This document shows, piece after piece, positions 45,941 through 55,654 of a DNA stretch of 64,000 nucleotides. This DNA is from Fibrobacter succinogenes (GTDB taxonomy: Bacteria; Fibrobacterota; Fibrobacteria; Fibrobacterales; Fibrobacteraceae): positions 12,130 through 76,129 of the forward strand of contig CACZAD010000009.1 in assembly GCA_902779055.1 (NCBI GenBank), given 5' to 3'. The translations under genes and the position numbers were made by a program. The notes beneath the pieces were generated by a model. It ran no database searches. It had not been told where the DNA came from and worked only from the letters and a program-made list of their open reading frames with translations. How positions within the stretch are numbered: position 1 is the stretch's first letter; the number at the start of each line of letters is the position of its first letter.

Positions 45941-47785
45941 TCAGCCTAAATTGTCCAATATTTCAAAGCGTTCGTAGAGTTTTTCGAGTTCGGCTTCGCC
46001 ATCGGATATCTTTTTTTGCAATTCGACAATCAGAGGCGCGTTGGTATAGACCTCGGGCTTCGAAAGTTCCAGCTGCCAGTCGGCAATTTCCGTTTCGAGC
46101 TTCTCGATCTTTTCGGGCAGGGCGGCGTATTCGCGTTCCTCATTGTAGCTGCGCTTTTTCTTTTTCACGGGCGCGGGGGTCGCGGCCACCGGATTTGAGC
46201 GGGCCTGCTTTTCGGCTTCCTTCTCGGCGGCAATGCGGGCAGCATTGGCGGCTTCCTTGTCACGGAACTTCTTGTTCGCCTCGTAATCAGAGTAACCGCC
46301 GACGGCCTCGAACACGTTCCCGTTCTCTTCGATGGCAAGGATGCCGGTCGCCACGGAATCGAGGAAGGCACGGTCATGACTGACAGTCAGGACGGTGCCG
46401 TTGTAGTCGGCCAAAAGTTCGGCCAAGAGGTCGAGCGTTTCCATGTCCAGGTCGTTCGTCGGTTCGTCAAGCACCAACACGTTGCTCGGGTGGCTAAAGA
46501 GGCACGCGAGCAAAAGTCGGTTGCGTTCACCGCCGCTAAGCGCACTGATGGGGCCGCGGGCACGATCGGCAGAGAAGAGGAAGTCTTGCAAATAACTTAA
46601 CACGTGACGCTTGACGCCGTTCAGGGTAATATACGCCTGACCATCACCGATGTTCTCGACAAGCGACTTGTCTTCGCGAAGGCGGGTGCGCATCTGGTCA
46701 AAATAGGCAATATGGAGATTGCTTCCGAGGCGCACATCACCCGATTCCGGCTGGAGTTCGCCAAGAATCAGGCGGAGCAGCGTCGTTTTGCCGGAGCCGT
46801 TCGGGCCCACAATGCCAATGCGGTCGCCACGGGAAACTTCAGTCGTGAGGTGGCTGATCAGCGGGCTTCCGTCATAAGAATAGCTAACGTCCGTAAGGCG
46901 TGCCACAAGACGCCCGGAGCGGTCGGCTTCCGTGATCTGCATATTCACATTGCCCGTGCGGGTGCGGCGGGCGGCACGTTCTTCACGCATCTTGATCAAA
47001 GCGCGGACGCGGCCCTCGTTACGGGTACGGCGGGCCTGGATGCCCTTGCGGATCCAGACCTCTTCTTCGGCAAGCTTCTTGTCAAAAAGAGCGTTCGCCT
47101 TTTCTTCTTCAGCAAGCGCCTGGTCCCTGAACTGCACAAACTTGTCGTACGGGAAGTCCCAGCAGCGGACTCGGCCACGGTCCAGTTCAAAAATGCGGGT
47201 CGCCGTGCGGCGGACAAATGCACGGTCATGGCTCACGAACATCACGGCGCAATTCAGGCGCGAAACAATCCCTTCCAGCCACTGGATTGCAGGAATATCC
47301 AGATGGTTCGTCGGTTCGTCCAGCAAAAGCAGGTCCGGATCCTCAGCAACAGCACGCGCAAAAAGCACACGACGCTTCTGGCCACCGCTCAAGCTGTCAT
47401 AACGAGCATCGGCATCGATTCCCGTCTTTCCGAGAATGGCCTCGGCGGTCGCATTGTGGGCGCCATCGTCTTGTATCTTCTTCGAAATCACGGCGCCACC
47501 GCTCACCACGGGGACATGCCCCATGACAATGTCACGGACAGTCCCGTCGATGCTAGCCGGAATCTCCTGGATCATACGGGCGACCTTGAGTCCCGTTTTC
47601 TTGATAATTTCGCCAGAATTGGCTTCCATTTCGCCTGTCAAGACCTTCAAAAGCGTACTCTTGCCTTCGCCGTTTCTACCGACAAGGCAAATGCGGTCGC
47701 CGGCCTCGACATCGAACGAGACTCCGTCCAAAAGAGGGGGGCCGCCAAACCGGAGCAGAATATTTTGTACAGACAATATGGGCAT
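45941..47785 (-). CDS. uup: ABC-F family ATPase Uup
   Basis: Two ABC domains (GRNGEGKST, GPNGSGKTT), EEVWIRKGIQARRTRNEGRVRAL linker, C-terminal coiled coil. Confidence 0.92.
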   Translation of the reverse strand: MPILSVQNILLRFGGPPLLDGVSFDVEAGDRICLVGRNGEGKSTLLKVLTGEMEANSGEIIKKTGLKVARMIQEIPASIDGTVRDIVMGHVPVVSGGAVISKKIQDDGAHNATAEAILGKTGIDADARYDSLSGGQKRRVLFARAVAEDPDLLLLDEPTNHLDIPAIQWLEGIVSRLNCAVMFVSHDRAFVRRTATRIFELDRGRVRCWDFPYDKFVQFRDQALAEEEKANALFDKKLAEEEVWIRKGIQARRTRNEGRVRALIKMREERAARRTRTGNVNMQITEADRSGRLVARLTDVSYSYDGSPLISHLTTEVSRGDRIGIVGPNGSGKTTLLRLILGELQPESGDVRLGSNLHIAYFDQMRTRLREDKSLVENIGDGQAYITLNGVKRHVLSYLQDFLFSADRARGPISALSGGERNRLLLACLFSHPSNVLVLDEPTNDLDMETLDLLAELLADYNGTVLTVSHDRAFLDSVATGILAIEENGNVFEAVGGYSDYEANKKFRDKEAANAARIAAEKEAEKQARSNPVAATPAPVKKKKRSYNEEREYAALPEKIEKLETEIADWQLELSKPEVYTNAPLIVELQKKISDGEAELEKLYERFEILDNLG

Positions 47786-47841
47786 ATGAGAACCTGCTTT
47801 TTTCCTTGAGAAAAAATAGAAATTATTTAAATTTGGTCGCA

Positions 47842-48936
47842 ATGCGTTTCTTGACAAAAAAGTTACTGACCTTAACTGCCCTTTTTACGCCCGTCATCGC
47901 AGGGGCCGAAGCACCTGCGGACTCGACAAAAGACGATTTCCAGCGCATTTCGGCAGTCCCTATCGTCGGTTACACCGAAGAAACCCAATACCAGTTCGGC
48001 GCCATGGCCATCCTGTTCTTCAGGCCGGACATCCCGGGCGGAAACGTCCATGAGCTGGACCTCTCCTTTTACGGCACCTCCCGAAACCAGTTCACGGGAT
48101 CCATCTCCCCGAAGTTCTACTTTCTGAACGACCGGATTTCGAGCAAGGTCGACCTCCATTACGAAGACTGGGTCGGCAACTACTTCGGGGCAGGCAACGA
48201 CCCCGACTACGATGACTTCCGCAAGTTCGACCGCAAGTCGTTCTACTTTACGGCACTTGTCCTGACAAATTTCGGTTCACTGCAGTGGCTCCCCGGCTTT
48301 AAATACGGAATTTATCTCGAACTGAACCACACGAAAATCGATTTCCAGCCATACAACGGGGATATCGAAAAGCCGACAAATACTGACGGTTGGCGAAACG
48401 GGTTCGGTTACCACCTGTCGCTCGACACACGTGACAACACCAACTGGGCCCGACATGGCTACCTGGTCCAGTGGGGGCATTACTTCTTCAACACGCCCCT
48501 TAGCGACTTCAGCTACACCCACCAGGAACTGGACCTCCGTGGTTATTCTGAATTTATCTGGAACACATCCATGGCCGTCGGTTTTCTCTGGCAGCGCGTA
48601 GACGGGAACGCACCTTTTGACAAACTAGCGGGGTCGGACGGCCTCAAGCGGTTCCGCGGCGTCGAGAAGAACTATTTCTACGGAAACCAGGCCATATTCC
48701 TGCAGATGGAATTCCGCAGAAAGCTGTTCTGGCGCTTCGGCGGGGACATCTTCTTCGAAGGCGGAAAGACCGGTGATTACTTCAGCGACCTCATGCGCAA
48801 CAAGTGGCACAGGAGCCTGGGCTTTGGTGCGAGGTTCGCCCTCAACAAAAAGGAAAACCTGTACGCCCGCGCCGAACTTTCATGGGTCGACTTCAAGTAC
48901 GTCGGCATGACCATGTACGTCCGCGACGCATTTTAA
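47842..48936 (+). CDS. Omp85/BamA-TamA family barrel-only outer-membrane protein
   Basis: Signal peptide; PIVGYTEET, LDTRDN, FRG lid motif, GFGARF, C-terminal F; too short for POTRA domains. Confidence 0.8.
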   Translation: MRFLTKKLLTLTALFTPVIAGAEAPADSTKDDFQRISAVPIVGYTEETQYQFGAMAILFFRPDIPGGNVHELDLSFYGTSRNQFTGSISPKFYFLNDRISSKVDLHYEDWVGNYFGAGNDPDYDDFRKFDRKSFYFTALVLTNFGSLQWLPGFKYGIYLELNHTKIDFQPYNGDIEKPTNTDGWRNGFGYHLSLDTRDNTNWARHGYLVQWGHYFFNTPLSDFSYTHQELDLRGYSEFIWNTSMAVGFLWQRVDGNAPFDKLAGSDGLKRFRGVEKNYFYGNQAIFLQMEFRRKLFWRFGGDIFFEGGKTGDYFSDLMRNKWHRSLGFGARFALNKKENLYARAELSWVDFKYVGMTMYVRDAF

Positions 48937-48939
48937 ATC

Positions 48940-48971
48940 AGTAGACAGTAGGAAGTAGACAGTGGTTAGTG
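48940..48971 (+). repeat. Heptamer tandem repeat
   Basis: AGTAGAC AGTAGGA AGTAGAC AGTGGTT, 3 nt after the stop. Confidence 0.75.
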
Positions 48972-49005
48972 AAATCACAACTGACCCATCAGTCCTCTTT
49001 CGTCT

Positions 49006-49049
49006 AAAAAAAAGCGGACGCAAACCCGAAAGTCTGCATCCGCCTTTTT
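49006..49049. terminator. Bidirectional terminator
   Basis: A8-GCGGACGCA...TGCATCCGC-CTTTTT between convergent genes. Confidence 0.75.
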
Positions 49050-49076
49050 GAGATAGAATAATCAACAGTTTAAGGA

Positions 49077-49469
49077 TTAGTCCTTAACGCTATTCCAGTC
49101 CAGGACGCCCTTCTTCAAGAGGTAGATGTAACCCGATTCAAGAATGAGAAGGAAGCCGAGGAGGATGAACAGGAGTTCCCAGCCGCCGGCGAGGAACTGG
49201 ATCGTCCAGGGATAGATAAAGGCAACTTCGAGGTCGAACACCAAGAAGAGCATAGCCACCATATAATACTTGACCGGGTAGCGTTCATTTGCCGTACCGG
49301 AAACGTGAGCCAGGCCACATTCGTAGGCAGAACCCTTGATGATGGTCTGCTTGATCTTGCCCGGGTGGAGCACCCAGTTGGCGATCAAAAGGATTGTGGG
49401 AATGCAGAGGGCCATGATCACGAGGATCGTCATGGCGAAGGTGGTGTCGAAAATTTCAACATTGCTCAT
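49077..49469 (-). CDS. nuoA: NADH-quinone oxidoreductase subunit A
   Basis: AYECG, YYMVAMLFLVFDLEVAFIYPW, KGVLDW. Confidence 0.92.
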   Translation of the reverse strand: MSNVEIFDTTFAMTILVIMALCIPTILLIANWVLHPGKIKQTIIKGSAYECGLAHVSGTANERYPVKYYMVAMLFLVFDLEVAFIYPWTIQFLAGGWELLFILLGFLLILESGYIYLLKKGVLDWNSVKD

Positions 49470-49538
49470 AGTGATTCCAAAGATAGTAAAAAAGTTTTTG
49501 CTAGAGCAATGCATTTTTGTAAACTATATTTGGTAATC

Positions 49539-50435
49539 ATGAAGAAAAAAATCCTTTCTCTCGGTTTTACGGGTTTAATTACCCTTTTCGTCGGTTGCTC
49601 CGGCGATGATGCTCCGAGTCCGGCTGCACCTCCAATAGCCGAAGCATCGTCATCTTCCATTGCTCCAGTCGTACTTTCGTCCAGTTCCGAACAGCCGGTT
49701 CCTCCGGGCTTGAGCTCCTCGTCTGTCAAAAGGGACACGGTCATCAAGATCATCACGGTTCCCTCCGACTCGCAAATCGATTACCCCTACAAGGCGGACA
49801 AAGAGGTCTTCTGCTGGACTGATGACTGCGAAAAGACGATCCAGCCGCCTTCTTCTTCGTCCAAGGCTACCGCAACCTCTTCCTCGAACGGTGGCGGCAT
49901 CACCATCGACGCTCCGGAAAACAAGCCGCCTGTCGTTAACGGTATGACCTTGACCGACACCCGCGACAACAACGCCTATCAGCTCATCCAAATCGGTTCC
50001 AAGCTCTGGATGGCCCAGGACCTCAATTACGCAGGCGCCACCAGCGAATGCTACAACGAACAGGAATCGAACTGCGCCACGAACGGCAGACTTTATACAT
50101 TCAACTCCGCCCAGAAGGCCTGCCCGAGCGGCTGGAGACTTCCGACCCGTGACGAAGCCCAAGAGGCTCTCAGTAACGAATCCATGCCCTGGAGCTATAG
50201 CGGACGCTGCAAGGACGGCGACTGCAACTTCATGGGTGACATGGGCTTCCACTGGACATCCGGCACTCCGGAATCCGGCGACAAGAAGTTCGACGAAAAC
50301 GGCGGTACAAGCGGCGCCCTCATCATCGTGGAGAAATCTCCCGAATACGTCAAGGACAAGGAAGGCGAAGACAGATTGTTCTTCCAGGTCGACCAAAAGG
50401 CAAAGCGCTTCAGCATCCGCTGCGTTCAGGAATAA
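49539..50435 (+). CDS. FISUMP (Fibrobacter succinogenes major domain) lipoprotein
   Basis: Lipobox FVG-C; DTRDN.Y..IQIG..WMAQDLNY, GRLYT, ACPSGWRLP, SIRCV. Confidence 0.88.
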   Translation: MKKKILSLGFTGLITLFVGCSGDDAPSPAAPPIAEASSSSIAPVVLSSSSEQPVPPGLSSSSVKRDTVIKIITVPSDSQIDYPYKADKEVFCWTDDCEKTIQPPSSSSKATATSSSNGGGITIDAPENKPPVVNGMTLTDTRDNNAYQLIQIGSKLWMAQDLNYAGATSECYNEQESNCATNGRLYTFNSAQKACPSGWRLPTRDEAQEALSNESMPWSYSGRCKDGDCNFMGDMGFHWTSGTPESGDKKFDENGGTSGALIIVEKSPEYVKDKEGEDRLFFQVDQKAKRFSIRCVQE

Positions 50436-50465
50436 CGCAAAGAGTTCCTCCTAAACAAAACATGA

Positions 50466-50491
50466 AAGGTCCTGCGCAAGCAGGGCCTTTT
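50466..50491 (+). terminator. Rho-independent terminator
   Basis: AAAGGTCCTGC-GCAA-GCAGGGCCTTTT. Confidence 0.75.
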
Positions 50492-50539
50492 ATTCTTTTA
50501 CGGATAAGGCGCCACACCAACTTTACTAAATTCATTCTT

Positions 50540-51943
50540 ATGTTACGTTCCAAGTACCAGATGTTCGCGGACTCGCTCTCCGAGAACGTGTTCAAAACAA
50601 AGACGCAGTCCAACCCCATCATGCTGGTGGTGCTTGCGTATCTTCTGCTTATCGCTATCGGTACTGCGCTACTCAGCCTGCCCCAGGCAAGCGTCCGTCC
50701 AGTAAGCTTCATCGAAGCATTCTTCACGGCGATGTCCGCCGTCTGCGTTACCGGCCTCTCGATTGTCGACATCCCCTCCACGTTCACGCACACCGGACTC
50801 TGGTTTTTAGTCATCCTCATGCAGCTGGGCGGGCTCGGCATCATGACCGCGTCCACGACGCTCATCCTCCTTGCCGGGATGCATCCGGGCTTCAGCCACC
50901 AATCCGTCTTTTTATCCGAATTCACACAAGAAGGAAACATCGACGCGGGGCGCATCCTCAAGGCCGTCATCCCCTTTACGTTCGTGCTTGAACTGATCGG
51001 CGGCATCGCCTATTTTACGCAGTTCAGCTCGATGGAACTCTACGACCGCATCTTCTGTTCACTGTTCCAGGCCGTCAGTTCGTTCTGCGGCGTGGGCTTC
51101 ACGCTATTCCCCGACTCCCTTGTAAGTTTCCAGTATAACCCCGTCATCAACATCACGACCTGCATCCTCGTTCTCGCAGGCGGATTCGGCTTTTTGGCCA
51201 TCGCGGAACTGCGCTACATCTTCGACTTCAAGTACAAGGCCATCCGTCGCATCTCCCTGCACACCCGCATAGCAACCATCGGCACCTTCATCGTCATCGC
51301 CATCAGCACCTTAGTCTTTGCGTTCACCGAACACAGCAACCTCCTCAGCGGCCACACCTTCGGCGAAAACGCGCAGTCCGTCCTGTTCATGACGTTCACG
51401 AGCCGCACGGCAGGCCTCAACTCCATCAACATCCCCGACCTCACGCAAGCCTCGCTATTCTTCTTCATCATCATCATGTTCATCGGTGCAAACCCCGGTA
51501 GCTGTGGAGGCGGCATCAAGATCACGACTGCCGCGGTCATCGGCCTCCTCGCCTTCAACAGGCTCCTCGGCAGGGAAAAGACCCAGATTCTCGGACGCAC
51601 CATCCCGAACAACACCATCGACAAGGCGATTCGAATTTTCGTTGCGGCCATCGTCATCATCGCAACCGCAACGCTGATACTTCTCTGCACCGAAATCCCG
51701 CCAGGCACGAGCTACCCCGAAAGCGGCACCCCGTTCCTCAAGATCCTTTTTGAAGTCGTGAGCGCCTACGCCACGTGCGGACTCTCGATGGGACTCACCG
51801 AAGAACTTTCCACGGTCGGAAAGATCGTCATCTGCATGGTCATGTTCATCGGCAGGATGGGTCCCTTGTTCCTGATTTCTGCCGTCGCAGGAAAGCTCCA
51901 GGATACCGCCTATTACGCCGAAGAAGACATCATGGTCGGCTAA
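50540..51943 (+). CDS. Trk/Ktr potassium uptake membrane subunit (KtrB/TrkH)
   Basis: SAVCVTGL, QLGGLG, RTAG, PGSCGGGIK, GLSMG, MFIGRMG; start uncertain (50540 or 50561). Confidence 0.93.
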   Translation: MLRSKYQMFADSLSENVFKTKTQSNPIMLVVLAYLLLIAIGTALLSLPQASVRPVSFIEAFFTAMSAVCVTGLSIVDIPSTFTHTGLWFLVILMQLGGLGIMTASTTLILLAGMHPGFSHQSVFLSEFTQEGNIDAGRILKAVIPFTFVLELIGGIAYFTQFSSMELYDRIFCSLFQAVSSFCGVGFTLFPDSLVSFQYNPVINITTCILVLAGGFGFLAIAELRYIFDFKYKAIRRISLHTRIATIGTFIVIAISTLVFAFTEHSNLLSGHTFGENAQSVLFMTFTSRTAGLNSINIPDLTQASLFFFIIIMFIGANPGSCGGGIKITTAAVIGLLAFNRLLGREKTQILGRTIPNNTIDKAIRIFVAAIVIIATATLILLCTEIPPGTSYPESGTPFLKILFEVVSAYATCGLSMGLTEELSTVGKIVICMVMFIGRMGPLFLISAVAGKLQDTAYYAEEDIMVG

Positions 51944-51959
51944 ATACTATATTTAAACT

Positions 51960-52619
51960 ATGGCTTCTAGACAATTTGTTATCATCGGTCTTGGAAATTC
52001 GGCAAACTACCTTGCCCGTCACTTGACGTCGCTTGGCCACGACATCATGGTCATCGACTCGCATCCCGAAAAAGTCCAGGACATCGCCAGCATGGTGTCG
52101 CAAGCCGTCGTTGCCGACGCGACCCGCAAAAAACAACTTGCCTCCATCCCGTCTTTAACCAAGGCGGATAGCGTCATCGTCTGCATCGGCAGCAACCTGG
52201 AAGCATCCCTCCTCACCATCCTGAACCTCAAAGAACTCGGAGTCAAGCACATCATCGCGAAGTCGAGCAGCGCCGAACACACGAGCATCCTCGAAAAGCT
52301 CGGCGTCACGGACATTTTCCACCCGGAACGTGATGCCGCCATAAGCCTCGCCGAACGTCTCAACCGCCCGAACCTGGTCGACTACCTCCCGTTCATGGAA
52401 GGCTACTCCATCGTCGAGATCGTCTGCCCGCAAAACTTTGTCGGCAAGACGTTGAAGGCTCTTTCGCTTACGCATAAATACGGAGTGCAGGTCATCGCCA
52501 TCCGTGACCCGCAAGAAATGGCGCCCAAGATCGGTAACATCGCAGACGTCGTCCTGCAAGAAGACGACGTGCTGTTCATCATCGGACCGAACGAAGCGCT
52601 CGATAAACTGAAAGCTTAA
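51960..52619 (+). CDS. Trk/Ktr potassium uptake regulatory subunit (KtrA/TrkA)
   Basis: IIGLG RCK-N, HPERD, RCK-C. Confidence 0.92.
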   Translation: MASRQFVIIGLGNSANYLARHLTSLGHDIMVIDSHPEKVQDIASMVSQAVVADATRKKQLASIPSLTKADSVIVCIGSNLEASLLTILNLKELGVKHIIAKSSSAEHTSILEKLGVTDIFHPERDAAISLAERLNRPNLVDYLPFMEGYSIVEIVCPQNFVGKTLKALSLTHKYGVQVIAIRDPQEMAPKIGNIADVVLQEDDVLFIIGPNEALDKLKA

Positions 52620-53057
52620 CTAGTCTGCGCTCTTTTCTACGCATCCAGCGTTCTTCTTGGCCGTGCATTCAGCACAACGGCCGAACATATAAAGAGAAGT
52701 CCCCATCAAGGTAAAGCCGGCGGGGACTATTTTTGTACAGTCCGGCGGTGCGACAAACACGTCGAACACCTTGCCGCAATCCTTGCACTTGAAGTGGCAA
52801 TGCGGAGAGCAATCCGCGTCATACCTCAGGAACCCGTCACCAAAGTCCAGCGAAATCGCGAGATGGTTCGACAGCAAAAGTTCAAGGGTATTGTAAATGG
52901 TCGTCCTCGAGAGGGACGGGTATTCCGGCAAAAGCGCCGTATAGATTTCATCGACAGTCGGATGCGTCTTGACACTACGCAGATAGCGGTAAACGCAGAC
53001 CCTCTGCAAAGAAGGCCTAATGCCGTGTTCCTTGAGTAAGTTCGCAGTTTCTTGCAT
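52620..53057 (-). CDS. perR: Fur family regulator, PerR-like
   Basis: HPTVDEIY, SRTTIYNTL, RYD..HCHFKCKDCG, CAEC; directly downstream of rubrerythrin. Confidence 0.82.
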   Translation of the reverse strand: MQETANLLKEHGIRPSLQRVCVYRYLRSVKTHPTVDEIYTALLPEYPSLSRTTIYNTLELLLSNHLAISLDFGDGFLRYDADCSPHCHFKCKDCGKVFDVFVAPPDCTKIVPAGFTLMGTSLYMFGRCAECTAKKNAGCVEKSAD

Positions 53058-53131
53058 AATCGCATCCTCGTTAAAAATTTAAAAAAAGGCGACCCTCAAA
53101 ATCGAGAGCCGCCCATCCACCACCCAACCAA

Positions 53132-53689
53132 TTACTTGAAATAACGTCCAAGCAATCCTTGGAATGCAGATCCGTGACGAGCCTCGTCCTTGCACATCTC
53201 GTGAACAGTGTCATGGATGGCGTCGTAGCCCAGTTCCTTTGCGCGCTTCGCGAGAGCGAGCTTGCCTTCGGTTGCGCCAGCTTCGGCGGCCACGCGGAGT
53301 TCCAAGTTCTTCTTGGTATCGGCATAAACCACTTCACCCAAAAGTTCGGCAAACTTGGCTGCGTGTTCGGCTTCTTCGAAAGCGATACGCTTGTAAGCTT
53401 CGGCCACTTCCGGGAATCCTTCGCGGTCAGCCTGACGGCTCATCGCAAGGTACATACCCACTTCGGTACATTCACCCGCAAAGTTCTCGCGGAGACCCTG
53501 CACGACTTCGGCATCGAGCCCCTGGGCTACTCCCACCTTGTGTTCGTCGGCCCAGACAATCTTGCCAGCAGCAGGTGCATCGACCTTTTCAAAGAACTTG
53601 CTCTTCGGAGCATGGCACTGCGGACATTCTTCCGGCGCTTCAGGACCCATATGAACATAACCACAAACTTTGCAAACCCAGACTTTCAT
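53132..53689 (-). CDS. rbr: Reverse rubrerythrin (NADH peroxidase)
   Basis: N-terminal rubredoxin CKVCGY...CPQC followed by di-iron EEAEH/DEARH. Confidence 0.92.
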   Translation of the reverse strand: MKVWVCKVCGYVHMGPEAPEECPQCHAPKSKFFEKVDAPAAGKIVWADEHKVGVAQGLDAEVVQGLRENFAGECTEVGMYLAMSRQADREGFPEVAEAYKRIAFEEAEHAAKFAELLGEVVYADTKKNLELRVAAEAGATEGKLALAKRAKELGYDAIHDTVHEMCKDEARHGSAFQGLLGRYFK

Positions 53690-53755
53690 GATATCTCCTT
53701 TTCCGTATGCGGAAGGTGTTTCTGGTTCCGTCTTTATTCTGGAACCGCGTTAATG

Positions 53756-53798
53756 TTTGTAACAATTACAAATATATAATTATTTCAAACATTGTCAA
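53756..53798 (-). promoter_or_regulatory. Sigma-70 promoter with overlapping PerR/Fur-like box
   Basis: Minus-strand TTGACA (53798-53793), 16 nt, TATATT (53776-53771); palindrome TTTGTAACAATTACAAA at 53756-53772. Confidence 0.7.
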
Positions 53799-53882
53799 GT
53801 ACTTCAGCAGAATTTTTTGCATAAAAAAAACGGCCCTTCGCAGGCCGATTAACATTTATAGATATTTACAGATTTTTACGGA

Positions 53883-54461
53883 TTAAAAGACCGGAGCTTC
53901 GGAAGCCTTTTCACGCGGACGCTGTTTTTCGGCTTCGACTGCAAGCTGGCGGTGCGTCACGGAACCGACGGCGTAATAGCGGGCCCCCTTCTGCACGACG
54001 GCCGTATAGGCGTTCAGAGCCTTCACCGAGAACCATTCCTGGTAGAAGTTGTGGACATTTTCCTTCAAATAGGAGGTTTCGCCAATGGCAGGAGCGCCAG
54101 ACGGCTTGCCATACTTGAGCGAAAACTGATCCGACATATAGGCAACGGCTTCGAAAGTCTTGCTCAAGCGGGCACGTTCCACACGGCCTGTACGGATCTC
54201 AAATGCGTAGAATTTGTCGTTTTTGTTGAAAATGAAGTCAACCTGGACCGGCAGTTCGCCAAACATGAACACAGGAATGACGACACGTTCACCGACACCG
54301 CTCTGACCATAAGGTTCGTAGCCTTTCTTCATCATTTCTTCAATGACGGTCTCGCGGGAAGAACCAAACGGGATACCGGCAAAATTATTCTGAGACTGTG
54401 CTTGCGCATGAAGCGTAAACACAAGAATCAAAAAAGTTATGACGATTCCGAACTTGGACAC
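53883..54461 (-). CDS. Hypothetical exported protein
   Basis: GAGGAG RBS before GTG 54461; signal ending AQA; FAGIPFGSS...KYGKP pattern. Confidence 0.72.
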   Translation of the reverse strand: MSKFGIVITFLILVFTLHAQAQSQNNFAGIPFGSSRETVIEEMMKKGYEPYGQSGVGERVVIPVFMFGELPVQVDFIFNKNDKFYAFEIRTGRVERARLSKTFEAVAYMSDQFSLKYGKPSGAPAIGETSYLKENVHNFYQEWFSVKALNAYTAVVQKGARYYAVGSVTHRQLAVEAEKQRPREKASEAPVF

Positions 54462-54565
54462 AATCGACTCCTCTAGATATTGTAAAAGATAGTAAACTTT
54501 TTCCAAGTAAGCAAAAATTTTTCATAAAAAAAAGTTTTTTTAGACCAGTATCTATATTTGGTCAC

Positions 54566-55648
54566 ATGTCAAGCACTTTTGGAAAGATTTTCTCGGTCAC
54601 AACATGGGGTGAATCCCATGGTCCTGCCGTCGGAGCCGTCCTCGACGGATGCCCCGCCGGCCTCCCCATCAACGAAGAAATGATTCAGGCGGAACTGAAC
54701 CGCAGGCGCCCTGGCCAGGGCAAGCTCACGACCGCCCGTAATGAAAAAGACCAGGTGAAGATCCTTTCCGGGGTTTTCGAAGGAAAAACGACCGGAACGC
54801 CCATTTCGTTCGTCGTCTTCAACGAAGACCAGCATAGCAACGACTATTCCGAAATCGCCAAATGGTACAGACCGGGACACGCAGACCTCTGCTACGACCT
54901 CAAGTACGGTTTCCGCGATTACCGTGGCGGTGGCAGAAGCTCTGCCCGCGAAACGATCGGTCGCGTCGCCGCAGGCGCCGTCGCAAAGGCATTCCTCAAG
55001 ACTGTCGCTGGCACGGAATTTCTGTCATGGGTCGCTTCCGTCGGCGAAGTCGATTGCCCCGCCACCGACCTGGACACCCTCACGCTTGACCAGATCGAAG
55101 TCTCTCCCGTCCGCTGCCCCGACAAAGGCGCCAGCGAAAAGATGGAAGCCGCCATCCTCGAAGCGAAGTCCAACGGCGATAGCATCGGCGGAACCGTCTC
55201 CCTCCTCGTGAAAAACGTGCCCGCAGCACTCGGCGAACCGGTGTTCGACAGGCTCGACGCCCTTCTCGCCCAGGCAATGCTTTCGATCCCGGCCTGCAAG
55301 GGCTTTGAAATCGGAAGCGGTTTTTCCGCAGCACGTATGCACGGCAGCGAACACAACGACGAAATCTATTTTGACGGGAACGCCTACCGTACCCGCACGA
55401 ACAACGCCGGCGGAAGCCTCGGTGGCATTTCGAACGGCGAACCGATTTACTGCCGTATGGCGTTCAAGCCGACCGCCACGATTTCGCAGTTGCAAAAGAC
55501 CGCCGGTCGAGGTCACGAGAACGGCGAACTCGCCGCAAGAGGCCGCCACGACCCGTGCGTCGCAGTCCGCGCTCCGGTGATTGTCGAAAGCATGGCAGCA
55601 CTCGTCCTTGCCGACCTGTACTTGCAACAGAAACGCAACTGCTTGTAA
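54566..55648 (+). CDS. aroC: Chorismate synthase
   Basis: GESHG, RPGHAD, GGGRSSARET, GGISNG, GRHDPC. Confidence 0.97.
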   Translation: MSSTFGKIFSVTTWGESHGPAVGAVLDGCPAGLPINEEMIQAELNRRRPGQGKLTTARNEKDQVKILSGVFEGKTTGTPISFVVFNEDQHSNDYSEIAKWYRPGHADLCYDLKYGFRDYRGGGRSSARETIGRVAAGAVAKAFLKTVAGTEFLSWVASVGEVDCPATDLDTLTLDQIEVSPVRCPDKGASEKMEAAILEAKSNGDSIGGTVSLLVKNVPAALGEPVFDRLDALLAQAMLSIPACKGFEIGSGFSAARMHGSEHNDEIYFDGNAYRTRTNNAGGSLGGISNGEPIYCRMAFKPTATISQLQKTAGRGHENGELAARGRHDPCVAVRAPVIVESMAALVLADLYLQQKRNCL

Positions 55649-55654
55649 ACAGCC

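Noticed and set aside
16322-47809. Other long antisense ORFs (e.g. 16322-18589, 21351-22613, 39933-41141, 42880-45807, 46604-47809)
   Set aside because: Each lies opposite a well-supported gene and shows no independent coding signal
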